Shown piece by piece: positions 7,918-16,747 of a DNA stretch of 31,516 bases. The DNA lies in the IMG/VR virus record IMGVR_UViG_3300020045_009069, positions 1 to 31,516 of that record, one strand, 5' to 3'. Position 1 is the stretch's first letter, and each line of letters begins with the position of its first letter. The notes under the pieces were generated by a model. That model was given only the letters and a program-made list of their open reading frames with translations, made no database searches and was not told the DNA's origin. Position numbers and translations under genes: made by a program. The stretch comes from a virus (taxonomy: Duplodnaviria > Caudoviricetes).

Positions 7918-9381
7918 ATGGCTGACGATACTTCCACCACTACAGAAGATTTTTACGTAAATCCTATAGTTATTCAAAATTACGAAGGAGCTTCTACGAA
8001 TTTTCGTTTAGCTCATAGACAAGCTATTACATCTGATATAGATGCTGCTGGAATAGGAGAATTAAGATTCCTGCAAAGTCGTTGCAGGTATATGATAAGG
8101 AATAATTCTAATGCTTCTAGTGCAAGGAATAAGTATGTTTCTTCTTCTGGAACAATAAAAGTTAAATGGAAAACTGCTAAAGGAAAACAACATAAAATTA
8201 TGCAGGATTTGTGGGATGAATTCGAAGAATCTCCTTCTTATGATAATAAAGGAAATTTAACTTCTTTCTGTGCAACTCTTAGGAGCGACAGATTTGAATC
8301 AGGAGAATTTATTGCTAGAATGATTACAAGAAAAGGGAATAAAGTTCCCTTAAAACTCCAAGGAATAGAGTCGGAATATCTTGATATTGGCTATATGGGA
8401 GATGGAACAGAACAAAACAATATTCCTGTAGGAAGAACAAGATATGGTATAACTTTTGATAAAGAAACTTTAAGTATCCCAGAAACATACAATTTTTACA
8501 AGGATAGATATTTTGGAATAGGACAAGATTTTACTCCTACGAATAACAATTATGTAGAAGTTCCCGCCGAAAATGTTCTTCATGCGTTTAAGAGACTTCG
8601 GAGTAACCAATGGAGAGGAGTTCCAGTTTTAGCTCCTTCGTTAATTTTACTTTATGAAATGGAGGACTTATTTACTGCAACTATCAGAACACAAACTTCG
8701 GCTTCTTTAGTTGCTTGGGTAATATCTGAATTAAACACAAACAATTTGGAACCTGTAGGAACAGTAGGACTTTCAGGAAGAAGAAGTTTAGATGATTCTG
8801 TAAAACAACTTCATTTTGATAACACAGGGGGAACAGTACAATCTACAAGAGGAAAGTTTAACTTAGTTCAAAGTAGAGATGTTGGGGATAATCTAAAAGA
8901 CCTTCTAAAGAATGGAGATCAAAAACTAAGTTCTGCTTTAAATATTCCTTATCACCTATTTTCTGGAGACACGGAAGGATTAAATTTTTCTTCTATTCGA
9001 GCGATTCTTTCTTCCTATAGAAAAGATATAGAATTTGAGTTTTCTATTGTAGATATTCCTGATTTTTATATGCCGCTAACAAAAAGATTTAAGGATGTAT
9101 CTATGGCTCTAAACTATAAAGTCAAAGATGCAATACCTACTTTTGAATTTCCTAGATGGTATGGAGTTGATGATTTAAAAGATAGTCAGGCTGATCTTTT
9201 AGAAGTTATAAGTTTACAGAGACCTATACAATCCGTTTGGGCAGAAAGAGGATATACAGAAGAAGAAATAGAAGAAAGTAAACAAACTTTAATTCGATTA
9301 GGTTTAGGAGGTATGATTGGAAATTCAGGACAACAAACTCAAAACAATTCTACTCCTAAAAGTAATACTACAGGAAGTTAA
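7918..9381 (+). CDS. Portal protein, lambda family (Phage_portal_2)
   Basis: YEGAS, RCRYMIRNN, LKLQGIESEYL, VLHAF..RSNQWRGVPVLAP, IPYHLFSGDTEGLNFSSIRA motifs. Confidence 0.95.
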   Translation: MADDTSTTTEDFYVNPIVIQNYEGASTNFRLAHRQAITSDIDAAGIGELRFLQSRCRYMIRNNSNASSARNKYVSSSGTIKVKWKTAKGKQHKIMQDLWDEFEESPSYDNKGNLTSFCATLRSDRFESGEFIARMITRKGNKVPLKLQGIESEYLDIGYMGDGTEQNNIPVGRTRYGITFDKETLSIPETYNFYKDRYFGIGQDFTPTNNNYVEVPAENVLHAFKRLRSNQWRGVPVLAPSLILLYEMEDLFTATIRTQTSASLVAWVISELNTNNLEPVGTVGLSGRRSLDDSVKQLHFDNTGGTVQSTRGKFNLVQSRDVGDNLKDLLKNGDQKLSSALNIPYHLFSGDTEGLNFSSIRAILSSYRKDIEFEFSIVDIPDFYMPLTKRFKDVSMALNYKVKDAIPTFEFPRWYGVDDLKDSQADLLEVISLQRPIQSVWAERGYTEEEIEESKQTLIRLGLGGMIGNSGQQTQNNSTPKSNTTGS

Positions 9382-9386
9382 AATAC

Positions 9387-9415
9387 TTGTATTTTTATTT
9401 TAGGTATGGTATAAT
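9387..9415 (+). promoter_or_regulatory. Strong sigma70-type promoter for head genes: TTGTAT-17 bp-TATAAT with extended -10 TG
   Basis: TTGTAT 9387-9392, TG 9407-9408, TATAAT 9410-9415, in the spacer between portal and protease. Confidence 0.8.
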
Positions 9416-9457
9416 TGCATTAATTTTATTTTATTCTTAAGAATCAATAGGTTAAGT

Positions 9458-10732
9458 ATGAGCATAGAAAATTTTAACAATTCTGAATATTTTTCTTATT
9501 TGAAAGCTAATAAAGCCAAATTAATTGTTCAAAAACAATCAGATATGGTTTATACGGATTCAATTGTTTGTAACACTGTTCGAGCAAAAGAAAAGAAAGA
9601 TGTTCTTATTAAATTAGCTGAACAAAGTCCTTCTACAGGCGAAGAAGAAGAACCCGATACTTTAAATGTTACTGTTGTTTGTGCTACTTCTAATTGGATA
9701 ACTTCTACTTTAGATTTTTTTACCGAAAATGCTTTTGATAATAGTATAAAAGCAAGAGGTAAAAATATTCCCCATATATTTGACCACAATCAAACATCCA
9801 CTTCACATGTAGGGGACGTTCAGAAGGTTTATACTGCAAAAATGCCTTTAAAATTTCTTGGATTAAATAAAAAGGGTGAAGTTAATGCAGTTCTTATGAA
9901 CACAAAAATTCGTAAAGACTACAATGAAAATGTTTATAAATTCTATAAAAATGATAAAATAAACCAACATTCTATAGGAGTCAGATTAATGGATATGGCT
10001 TTAGCCATAAATTCAAAAGAAGAAACTTTTAAAGAAGAAAAAGCAGTTTGGGACGAGTTTTATCCGCAAGTTTTAAATAAGAATCTTGCAGATAGAGCTG
10101 GACATTTTTGGGTAACTAAAGAAGCAGATATTCGTGAAAATAGTTGTGTGCTATTCGGTGCAAATAACTTAACTCCAGTTTTATCCACAAATTTAAAGGA
10201 AGATTTAAAAGATTTAAAAGACTTAAAAAAAGAAGAACTAGATTCACAGAATCTATCTAGTTTAGAGGATGTAGTAAATATGAATACTTTTAATTCTGAA
10301 AGTATTTCGGATAGTTTAATCAAAGAGGATATTAATATGTCAGAAAATGTAACATTAGATAGGTATGTTGCTCTGGAAGCTGAACTAAAAACCTTAAAAG
10401 ATAGTCAAGGTTTAAGTGTAGCTAGAGCAATTCAAGAAGAAAGGTCAAGAGTTTCAGCTATTCTACAGTCTGCAAAAACTTTTAAAATTTCTCCGGAAGT
10501 AGCAGAAGAAGCAATTTCCAAGAATTTTTCTTTGGATATGGTTGCTGTTCTTTTTACAAGACTCGCCGAGCAGAAAGACGCTTCCACATCTATTAATACA
10601 AATGGCGGGAATCTATCTAGTGCAGATCAATCTACTTTTAAGAATTTAAAGGATGAAACTCCAGCAGATAGGCTCTTTTTTGGTCTTGAACAAGCTGAAA
10701 AGATTCAAAAAAACTTTGAAGGAGTAGAATAA
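9458..10732 (+). CDS. Prohead protease (HK97/U35-type) fused to C-terminal scaffold
   Basis: HIFDHN, QHSIGVR and IRENSCVLFGAN match HK97-type protease motifs. The C-terminal AIQEERSRVSAIL helix resembles lambda gpC/Nu3-type scaffolds. Confidence 0.8.
   Translation: MSIENFNNSEYFSYLKANKAKLIVQKQSDMVYTDSIVCNTVRAKEKKDVLIKLAEQSPSTGEEEEPDTLNVTVVCATSNWITSTLDFFTENAFDNSIKARGKNIPHIFDHNQTSTSHVGDVQKVYTAKMPLKFLGLNKKGEVNAVLMNTKIRKDYNENVYKFYKNDKINQHSIGVRLMDMALAINSKEETFKEEKAVWDEFYPQVLNKNLADRAGHFWVTKEADIRENSCVLFGANNLTPVLSTNLKEDLKDLKDLKKEELDSQNLSSLEDVVNMNTFNSESISDSLIKEDINMSENVTLDRYVALEAELKTLKDSQGLSVARAIQEERSRVSAILQSAKTFKISPEVAEEAISKNFSLDMVAVLFTRLAEQKDASTSINTNGGNLSSADQSTFKNLKDETPADRLFFGLEQAEKIQKNFEGVE
10337..10732 (+). 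CDS. Nested in-frame scaffolding protein (Nu3 analogue), 131 aa
   Basis: Internal GAGGA(T) followed by in-frame ATG 10337 (MSENVTLDRY...). A second GAGGA plus in-frame ATG lies at 10280. Confidence 0.6.
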   Translation: MSENVTLDRYVALEAELKTLKDSQGLSVARAIQEERSRVSAILQSAKTFKISPEVAEEAISKNFSLDMVAVLFTRLAEQKDASTSINTNGGNLSSADQSTFKNLKDETPADRLFFGLEQAEKIQKNFEGVE

Positions 10733-10733
10733 A

Positions 10734-11567
10734 ATGGCTGAATATAATGGAGGTATGACTGATTATGCTGCTAGCACAAAAAAGAACTTCTATGCCAGAG
10801 CTTCTGACAGAAAGACAGTATCTTTAAAAGTCAAATCAGGACAAGTTCTTAAGAAGGGTTCTTTTTTGCAAAGTGATACTGTTGCTAATGGCGGAAAAGC
10901 AATTGCACACTTAGGTTTATCCGAAGCTGTAATAGTTCTTTTTGCTACTATTACAACTGGACAAACTCTTATTCTAGGTGGTTTAACTTTTACTGCCGGA
11001 ACTGGTAGTGTTACTGCTGCTCAACTTGCAACTATTTGGAAAGATTTAGCGGCTGGAACAACTGCATCCGCTGCAAATACTTTGCTTTTAGCTAGAGGTA
11101 TTGATGCAACTGTAACTGGAACTTTTACTGCCGGCACTATGACTGGATGGAATTCATCTCTTTATAATGCAACTGGCGAAGTTATGTTTGTTTCTACTAC
11201 AGGTTTAACAAACGTAGCAGATTTAGCAGACACAGGAACTGCAACTGATCCGACTTTTTCTAAGGTTGATGGTGCTACTTCTTTCGCTCCTATTGCTGGA
11301 GTTCTTTTAGAAGATGTTAATGCAACTTCTGTTGATGTTATTGTAGAAGCTTTGAAAGAAGCCGAAGTTTATGCTAACGCTCTTTGCTGGGGAGTTAACC
11401 CTTCTACAGATAAGATGACAGACTTCGACGGAACTCTGGTTGCTTATACAGCCTACAATACTGGAACTATTGCTAGTTCTACAAGAGCCACTCAGGACTT
11501 GCAAACTAAATTTGTAGAAAATTCTGGAATAGGGCTGACTTTCTTATCTGATGGAGATATAGTATAA
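10734..11567 (+). CDS. Head decoration protein (lambda gpD-like) with large inserted domain
   Basis: N-terminal VKSGQVLKKGSFL and C-terminal AGVLLEDVNAT..EAEVYANALCW halves. Positioned between protease and capsid; 277 aa. Confidence 0.75.
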   Translation: MAEYNGGMTDYAASTKKNFYARASDRKTVSLKVKSGQVLKKGSFLQSDTVANGGKAIAHLGLSEAVIVLFATITTGQTLILGGLTFTAGTGSVTAAQLATIWKDLAAGTTASAANTLLLARGIDATVTGTFTAGTMTGWNSSLYNATGEVMFVSTTGLTNVADLADTGTATDPTFSKVDGATSFAPIAGVLLEDVNATSVDVIVEALKEAEVYANALCWGVNPSTDKMTDFDGTLVAYTAYNTGTIASSTRATQDLQTKFVENSGIGLTFLSDGDIV

Positions 11568-12760
11568 TGGCTACTGAATTTCTAACCCCTTATCAAGCCG
11601 GTAAAGTTCTTTCTGGAGTTATTAAGGCTTTACCTATTTTAAGACCCAACTTTGTACAAGGTTTCTTTACTACAAAACCTCCAGTTTTGACAGAAACAGT
11701 AAACTTTGATAGAGAATTTTCTATTAAGAATGTCGTAGGAACTTTTGTGTCTTTTGATAAAGACGCAACTCCTATCCAACTTCCTGATTTCAGTCATACT
11801 GAAATGCGGTTTGCTTATGCAAAAGAAGATGTGACTACGGATAATTTTGATGTCCTAAATCAAAGACAACTAGGCCAACAATTTGGACAAGTAGATGTAA
11901 TGGCTAATCAAGCTTTACGTTTGCAAGCTAAATTTGTAGAAGCAGAACAAAGAATTCAAAATCTCTTTGAACTTACTTCTTCTAATCTTGCTCTTTATGG
12001 GGGATATGAGGCTTTTTCTGAGAAACATCCTAGGGTAAGGTATGATTTTAAAAGAACTGTTATCTCTACAGTTGCGGGATTATCTTTAAAGTTAATTCCT
12101 TCTGTTAATCTTACTACAACTGCTGTAACTGCTCCTTGGGATTCTGCCCAAACTATTATGCCAGTTATTGCTTCAAGTGGCGGATATACTGCTGGACAAA
12201 AAGCTTGGACAAAAGCTTTAGTTACTGCTGGAACTGCAACACCTGTTTTAGATTTAGTTAGAATGTACGAAACTATCGCAAAGAGAACTAGAGTTGCTGC
12301 ATTTCATATGTCAGATAATGCTTATGATGCGTTTAATTTCGACGTAAATACAAACTACAAAGATGCAGCAGATGTAAATATTTCTAGTATTCTAGCAACT
12401 TCTAGGGATATTCTCCCACAAGCTCAGAATGTTCAAGGTTTGAATTTACGAAGATATTGGACTTTTGAAAACGGTTCTTCTGTTCCTATTTACACTTATT
12501 CAGGTATCTATCATGATAGAAGTACCGGAATAGAAAAGTCTTATCTTCCTGATGGCTTTGTTGTGGGTTTTCCTGATAAATCCAATGGCGTTAAAGTTCA
12601 TGGAAGGATTCTACATCCTAGGGCTTCTTATAATGCTATGCCTAGATGGATTAATTACTGGACAAATTCAAAGACAGGAATGGAAGAATGGGAAGTACAT
12701 ACAAACTTCCTTTTCGGTCATACTGCTATTGATGCTTTGACTTCTTGGAAAGTTGTTTAA
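11567..12760 (+). CDS. Major capsid protein, lambda gpE family
   Basis: FF..TETVNFD, FVS, YAKE, RIQNLFE, YDFKR, IYTYSGIY..YLPDG pattern of Phage_cap_E. TAATG-coupled to the decoration gene. Confidence 0.9.
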   Translation: MATEFLTPYQAGKVLSGVIKALPILRPNFVQGFFTTKPPVLTETVNFDREFSIKNVVGTFVSFDKDATPIQLPDFSHTEMRFAYAKEDVTTDNFDVLNQRQLGQQFGQVDVMANQALRLQAKFVEAEQRIQNLFELTSSNLALYGGYEAFSEKHPRVRYDFKRTVISTVAGLSLKLIPSVNLTTTAVTAPWDSAQTIMPVIASSGGYTAGQKAWTKALVTAGTATPVLDLVRMYETIAKRTRVAAFHMSDNAYDAFNFDVNTNYKDAADVNISSILATSRDILPQAQNVQGLNLRRYWTFENGSSVPIYTYSGIYHDRSTGIEKSYLPDGFVVGFPDKSNGVKVHGRILHPRASYNAMPRWINYWTNSKTGMEEWEVHTNFLFGHTAIDALTSWKVV

Positions 12761-12771
12761 TTAATTATTTT

Positions 12772-12822
12772 GGAAACAGGTAGATAGATTGTACTAGGAT
12801 TTATTTATCTGTTTCCTTTTTT
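12772..12822 (+). terminator. Intrinsic terminator after major capsid gene
   Basis: GGAAACAGGTAGATAGATT / GATTTATTTATCTGTTTCC forms a 19-bp stem with several G-U pairs, followed by T6. Confidence 0.85.
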
Positions 12823-12828
12823 AAGACT

Positions 12829-13089
12829 ATGAAAAATATATTTTTAATTTGTTTAATTTTGTTTTCTTCTTCTTGTTCATTTAATACAGTTAAATTGGAC
12901 GATGTTGTAGTAGAAAGAGAAAGTTATTTTACCTTAACTTCGTTTTCTGATTTTTCCATCACAGTAGAAGATAAAATTAAGCACACTAAAAAAGAAATTA
13001 CAATTTCTGGAGTTGTCTCAGATCAAGTACAAGCTCTTAAAGAAGCTATAAAAGGAGCAGTTGAAGGAGCAATTGAAGGAATGAAATAA
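12829..13089 (+). CDS. Putative lipoprotein (86 aa)
   Basis: MKNIFLICLILFSSS-C signal peptide with an imperfect lipobox at Cys16. TAATG-coupled to the next gene. Confidence 0.65.
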   Translation: MKNIFLICLILFSSSCSFNTVKLDDVVVERESYFTLTSFSDFSITVEDKIKHTKKEITISGVVSDQVQALKEAIKGAVEGAIEGMK

Positions 13090-13772
13090 TGGCATTTAAT
13101 ATAAAGATAGAAGGACTAAAAGAATTTAATGATTTTATTTCTCGAAATCCTTCTATTCAAAATGCAAAAGTTTCTGCTAATATAGCAGTTGATTTATTAG
13201 ATATAAGACAAACTTTAGAAGAAAGAATAGAAGCTAATTATAATATTCCTTATTCTTTAGAAAAAGTCTTTAAAGGACAAAATTTAAAAGAATCTGAAAG
13301 TCTCTTAGATATAGGAATATCTTATGAGGATAAAAAAATCCCTCTTTCGGAATATCCTTATACTAAACACGAATTAGATGTCAGAAATGCTATTCCTATT
13401 AAACCAGAAGAAGGAAAAAAATACTATATTCCTGTAAATAAAGCAGTTCAGGTTATTTCAAGAGTACGAAAACGTGGAAGTATAGAGCTTCCAAGATTTC
13501 GACCTAAATACAAAAAATTTCTTGGAACTGATGCACAAGATAATATTAGAATTTTTTCAAGAAAACAAAAAGAAACTTGGTTAAAGTTTCCGACTGAAAT
13601 AGATTCAGAAGGAATAGCTAGAGGAGGAAAAAGAGCAGATGTAGAAATTCTTTTTGGTCCTAGTTTAGCAACTTTAGCAGAAAGAGTATATGAAAAAGAT
13701 AAAATAGTACAACAAAAAATAGAAAAATTAACGGATAAAGTTATTAAAAGTTTTCAAGACTTTTATGAATAA
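13089..13772 (+). CDS. Tail completion/neck protein (lambda gpZ-like)
   Basis: N-terminal IKIEGLKE, basic middle, C-terminal VEILFGPSLATL motif; position in the neck region. Confidence 0.55.
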   Translation: MAFNIKIEGLKEFNDFISRNPSIQNAKVSANIAVDLLDIRQTLEERIEANYNIPYSLEKVFKGQNLKESESLLDIGISYEDKKIPLSEYPYTKHELDVRNAIPIKPEEGKKYYIPVNKAVQVISRVRKRGSIELPRFRPKYKKFLGTDAQDNIRIFSRKQKETWLKFPTEIDSEGIARGGKRADVEILFGPSLATLAERVYEKDKIVQQKIEKLTDKVIKSFQDFYE

Positions 13773-13860
13773 GTTTAGAGATTGTATAGTTCTTATTTAT
13801 AGTGCATCTTTATTAGTTTATATTTTTTAATTTTAAATTTTATTTATATGGTCTCCTAAG

Positions 13861-14187
13861 ATGCTAGAAAGCCCAGAAGATATTTTATATGCTCTTGAGA
13901 CTGCTGGAGAACCTATAGATTTTTGTTGTGGACAGATAAGAGCTATTTGTTTAACAGATTTATATACTAATTTTGCAAGCGGAGAAGATACCTATTTTCA
14001 AGATTATATCTTTTTAATCTCAGAAGTTGATTATAATTTATATGAATTATCAGAAGATAATGAATTTACTTATCTTCCCCCTAATTCTAAGAGACTTTAT
14101 AGTTTTAAAATAAATTCTTTTATGTTTGATCTTACTGGATGGGTAAATTTACATTGTTCTTATTTAGGAATAACAAATCAGGATTAA
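13861..14187 (+). CDS. Putative head closure/head-tail joining protein (gpFII-like)
   Basis: 108-aa acidic beta-rich protein ending YSFKINSFMFDLTGWVNLHC; synteny. Confidence 0.5.
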   Translation: MLESPEDILYALETAGEPIDFCCGQIRAICLTDLYTNFASGEDTYFQDYIFLISEVDYNLYELSEDNEFTYLPPNSKRLYSFKINSFMFDLTGWVNLHCSYLGITNQD

Positions 14188-14190
14188 TAA

Positions 14191-14604
14191 ATGTACAATG
14201 AACAAATTTTAGTAGACCATTTGAAAAGAGAAACAGGATATAATGTTTCTCTTGCTACCGAAAAGCAAATAGATATTGTTCAAGAAGAAGTTGTTATTCC
14301 TAAACTCTATATTGGTCATACAGGAATACATTTACAAAATCCTTCTATTATATGGACAGATGGATACCAAGAACAGGAAAATTCTCAAGTTCTTCTTACA
14401 GAAATTCACATACTTTGTCTAAGAAATAACTTGTATGAAGTTAGGAATATAGTTTACAAAAGTTATATAAAATTTGACCCTGTTCCTGATGAAGATAGTT
14501 TTTCAACTATAAGTTTCTATAACGGAAAACTTATAGGAAGAACAGGAATAAAAATATGGTGGCTAGAAACTATAGCTATGGTTTTTCCAAGAATTTTAAT
14601 CTAA
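14191..14604 (+). CDS. Putative tail terminator protein (gpU-like position)
   Basis: 137 aa, upstream of the tail tube gene. Assigned from synteny and size only. Confidence 0.45.
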   Translation: MYNEQILVDHLKRETGYNVSLATEKQIDIVQEEVVIPKLYIGHTGIHLQNPSIIWTDGYQEQENSQVLLTEIHILCLRNNLYEVRNIVYKSYIKFDPVPDEDSFSTISFYNGKLIGRTGIKIWWLETIAMVFPRILI

Positions 14605-14615
14605 TAGGACATAAA

Positions 14616-14810
14616 ATGGCAATTTACACAGAAGATATTAACGGAAATCTAACTCTAGTTAAGGTTGATAAAACTTTAGCGGATTTAGCGGCAGAAGGAA
14701 AAATTATTGCACAAGAATTAAATCTTCCTTCTGATTGCTTTCAGGAAAACATAAAAACGGCTACAGAAAAGCAACCCAAACAATCTAAATCAAATTCTTT
14801 AGGAGAATAA
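14616..14810 (+). CDS. Small hypothetical protein (64 aa, MAIYTEDING...)
   Basis: AGGA RBS before ATG 14616; fills the gap before the tail tube gene. Confidence 0.65.
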   Translation: MAIYTEDINGNLTLVKVDKTLADLAAEGKIIAQELNLPSDCFQENIKTATEKQPKQSKSNSLGE

Positions 14811-14814
14811 AACT

Positions 14815-16260
14815 ATGGCTGTTAAATTTCATGAAAAAGCATTAGCCTTATTTGTATTACCTCAGTTAACAGAAGGAAATTCTGCAAGTAAAAGAACATT
14901 TACTTTAACCGGAACCGCGACAATTACTACAGGTTCTCCTACTATTACTGGAGTAAGTTCTAAGTATCTTACCGAGCTGAAAGCAGGAGATATTATTACT
15001 AATGTAGCAGGAACTGTTGTTGGAACTGTTTTCTCTGTTACGTCAGACCTTTTAGCAACTTTAACGGCTAATGGAGCAGTTGCAGTGACTGCTGCTGCAA
15101 TTATTAACTCAAAAACTGCTGGAACAATTACAACTGGTTTAGCTTCTACTGCCGTTACAGGAGTTGGTACAACTTTTCTAACTGATTTAGTTCCTGGAGG
15201 ATACATAAAAGATTTAACAGGAGCTATTGTAGGTCAAGTTAATTCTGTAACTACTGATACTGCTGCTGTACTTGTGTCAAATGCTTTAATTGCTTTATCT
15301 GCTGCAAAATATGCTACAGGACTTGGGCCTTTAAATGCTGTTGCAGTTGTGAATTTTAATTATTCTAAGGAAATCGATTCAGAAGCATTCCAATATCTTG
15401 GAGACGAACTAAACAGGGACGAAGAAACTTCAATAAAAGATACCTATTGTAAGACAGATTTTGAAGTTTTTGTACCTTCTCTTGGAACTATTGCGGGAAC
15501 AGACCCAGTTGCATCAGAAGTGCCCTTAGCTCCTTTATTTACATCTTCTGGGATGGCTTTAGTCCTTTCTACAGGAAGTCAAGGATTCGCTAAATTCACT
15601 AATAGTTTAGCTTCAAATAGTTTTTTGACTATAGAAGTTAGGAGAAGCTCTCCAGATTTAGTTGTCGCAGGAACACAAAAAGTATACACTCTTACTGATG
15701 CAAGAGGGACGATTGATTTAGATGGTGTAATCGGAACAAGAGGAAAATTAAAGTTCAACTATCAAGGTAATCTTTTGGAAATTGCCCAACAATTAAAGAT
15801 TACTGAAAACTTTGGAGATCAAAAAGCTGAACACGCTCCTTCTATGTCCAGCAAAACTATCACAACAAGTGAATTGCAATTGTATGTAGGCGCTACTGAA
15901 CCAACTATTACAAATGTTAAAAACTTTTGTTTTGATAAGTTGACTGCCCCGAACTTTGCAGGGTTTGACTATCAAAGGTTTCTAACTTCTTGTGAGGATG
16001 GGTGGAGTAAAGGAGCAACTCCTACGGATGTTACTTTAGCAATTCTTGAGGATTCTGCTGATGCTATCTACAATCCAGATAATAATTTAGAAGCGAACCA
16101 TGCTCTTTCTATTAAATTTGGAAATTTTGTAGGAAAGAAAACAGAATTTACATTCCATAAACTTCAACTTACAAAGATTACATCTTCTAAAATTGGAACT
16201 TATGTTGCACAAGAGTTGGGTTTTAGAAACGTAGGTTCTACAGATTTAATTTTAAGATAA
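14815..16260 (+). CDS. Major tail tube protein with two inserted beta repeats
   Basis: AGGAG RBS; immediately upstream of the frameshifting chaperone and tape measure. Tube-like C-terminal part (DARGTIDLD..KLKFNYQG). Confidence 0.8.
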   Translation: MAVKFHEKALALFVLPQLTEGNSASKRTFTLTGTATITTGSPTITGVSSKYLTELKAGDIITNVAGTVVGTVFSVTSDLLATLTANGAVAVTAAAIINSKTAGTITTGLASTAVTGVGTTFLTDLVPGGYIKDLTGAIVGQVNSVTTDTAAVLVSNALIALSAAKYATGLGPLNAVAVVNFNYSKEIDSEAFQYLGDELNRDEETSIKDTYCKTDFEVFVPSLGTIAGTDPVASEVPLAPLFTSSGMALVLSTGSQGFAKFTNSLASNSFLTIEVRRSSPDLVVAGTQKVYTLTDARGTIDLDGVIGTRGKLKFNYQGNLLEIAQQLKITENFGDQKAEHAPSMSSKTITTSELQLYVGATEPTITNVKNFCFDKLTAPNFAGFDYQRFLTSCEDGWSKGATPTDVTLAILEDSADAIYNPDNNLEANHALSIKFGNFVGKKTEFTFHKLQLTKITSSKIGTYVAQELGFRNVGSTDLILR

Positions 16261-16294
16261 TATAATATAATTTTTTTTATTTGAGGAATTTAAA

Positions 16295-16747
16295 ATGGCA
16301 AAGCATTTATACGTAAAGTTGCAAAGTCCAACAGTAGAATTGGAAGTAATTGCAAAAGATTCTACAGGAAATCAAGAAAAAGTATTAGTAGGATTCAAAA
16401 GATACAACATAGAAGAGTCTCAAAAAAGACTAGATAGTTTTAAAGATTTAGTTGAAAAAGAAACTTCTTCTTCTTTCGGTCTTTTAGATAATTTTCTTAA
16501 AGAAGAAATAGTATATCTAAAGAATATTTCTTTTGATGTGGAAGAGGAAGAAAAAACTGTTTCTATTACTATCAAAGATACAAGAGAAGAATCCCTAAGA
16601 GAAGGTCTTTGGGAAACCAGAGAAATTTGTTTAGAAACTCTTTTGAATCTTTTCCTTTCTTCTTCACCTTGGAGACTTCCTTTTATAACAACTTTACAAA
16701 AAGCTTTGTATAATGTAGATTTTGATTCCCTGAACTTAAAAAACTAA
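16295..16747 (+). CDS. Tail assembly chaperone (gpG analogue)
   Basis: Between tail tube and tape measure; GAGGA RBS; ends at a slippery heptamer. Confidence 0.85.
   Translation: MAKHLYVKLQSPTVELEVIAKDSTGNQEKVLVGFKRYNIEESQKRLDSFKDLVEKETSSSFGLLDNFLKEEIVYLKNISFDVEEEEKTVSITIKDTREESLREGLWETREICLETLLNLFLSSSPWRLPFITTLQKALYNVDFDSLNLKN
16738..16744 (+). promoter_or_regulatory. -1 programmed ribosomal frameshift site A AAA AAC
   Basis: X XXY YYZ heptamer in the correct frame, directly before TAA 16745-16747. Confidence 0.88.
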
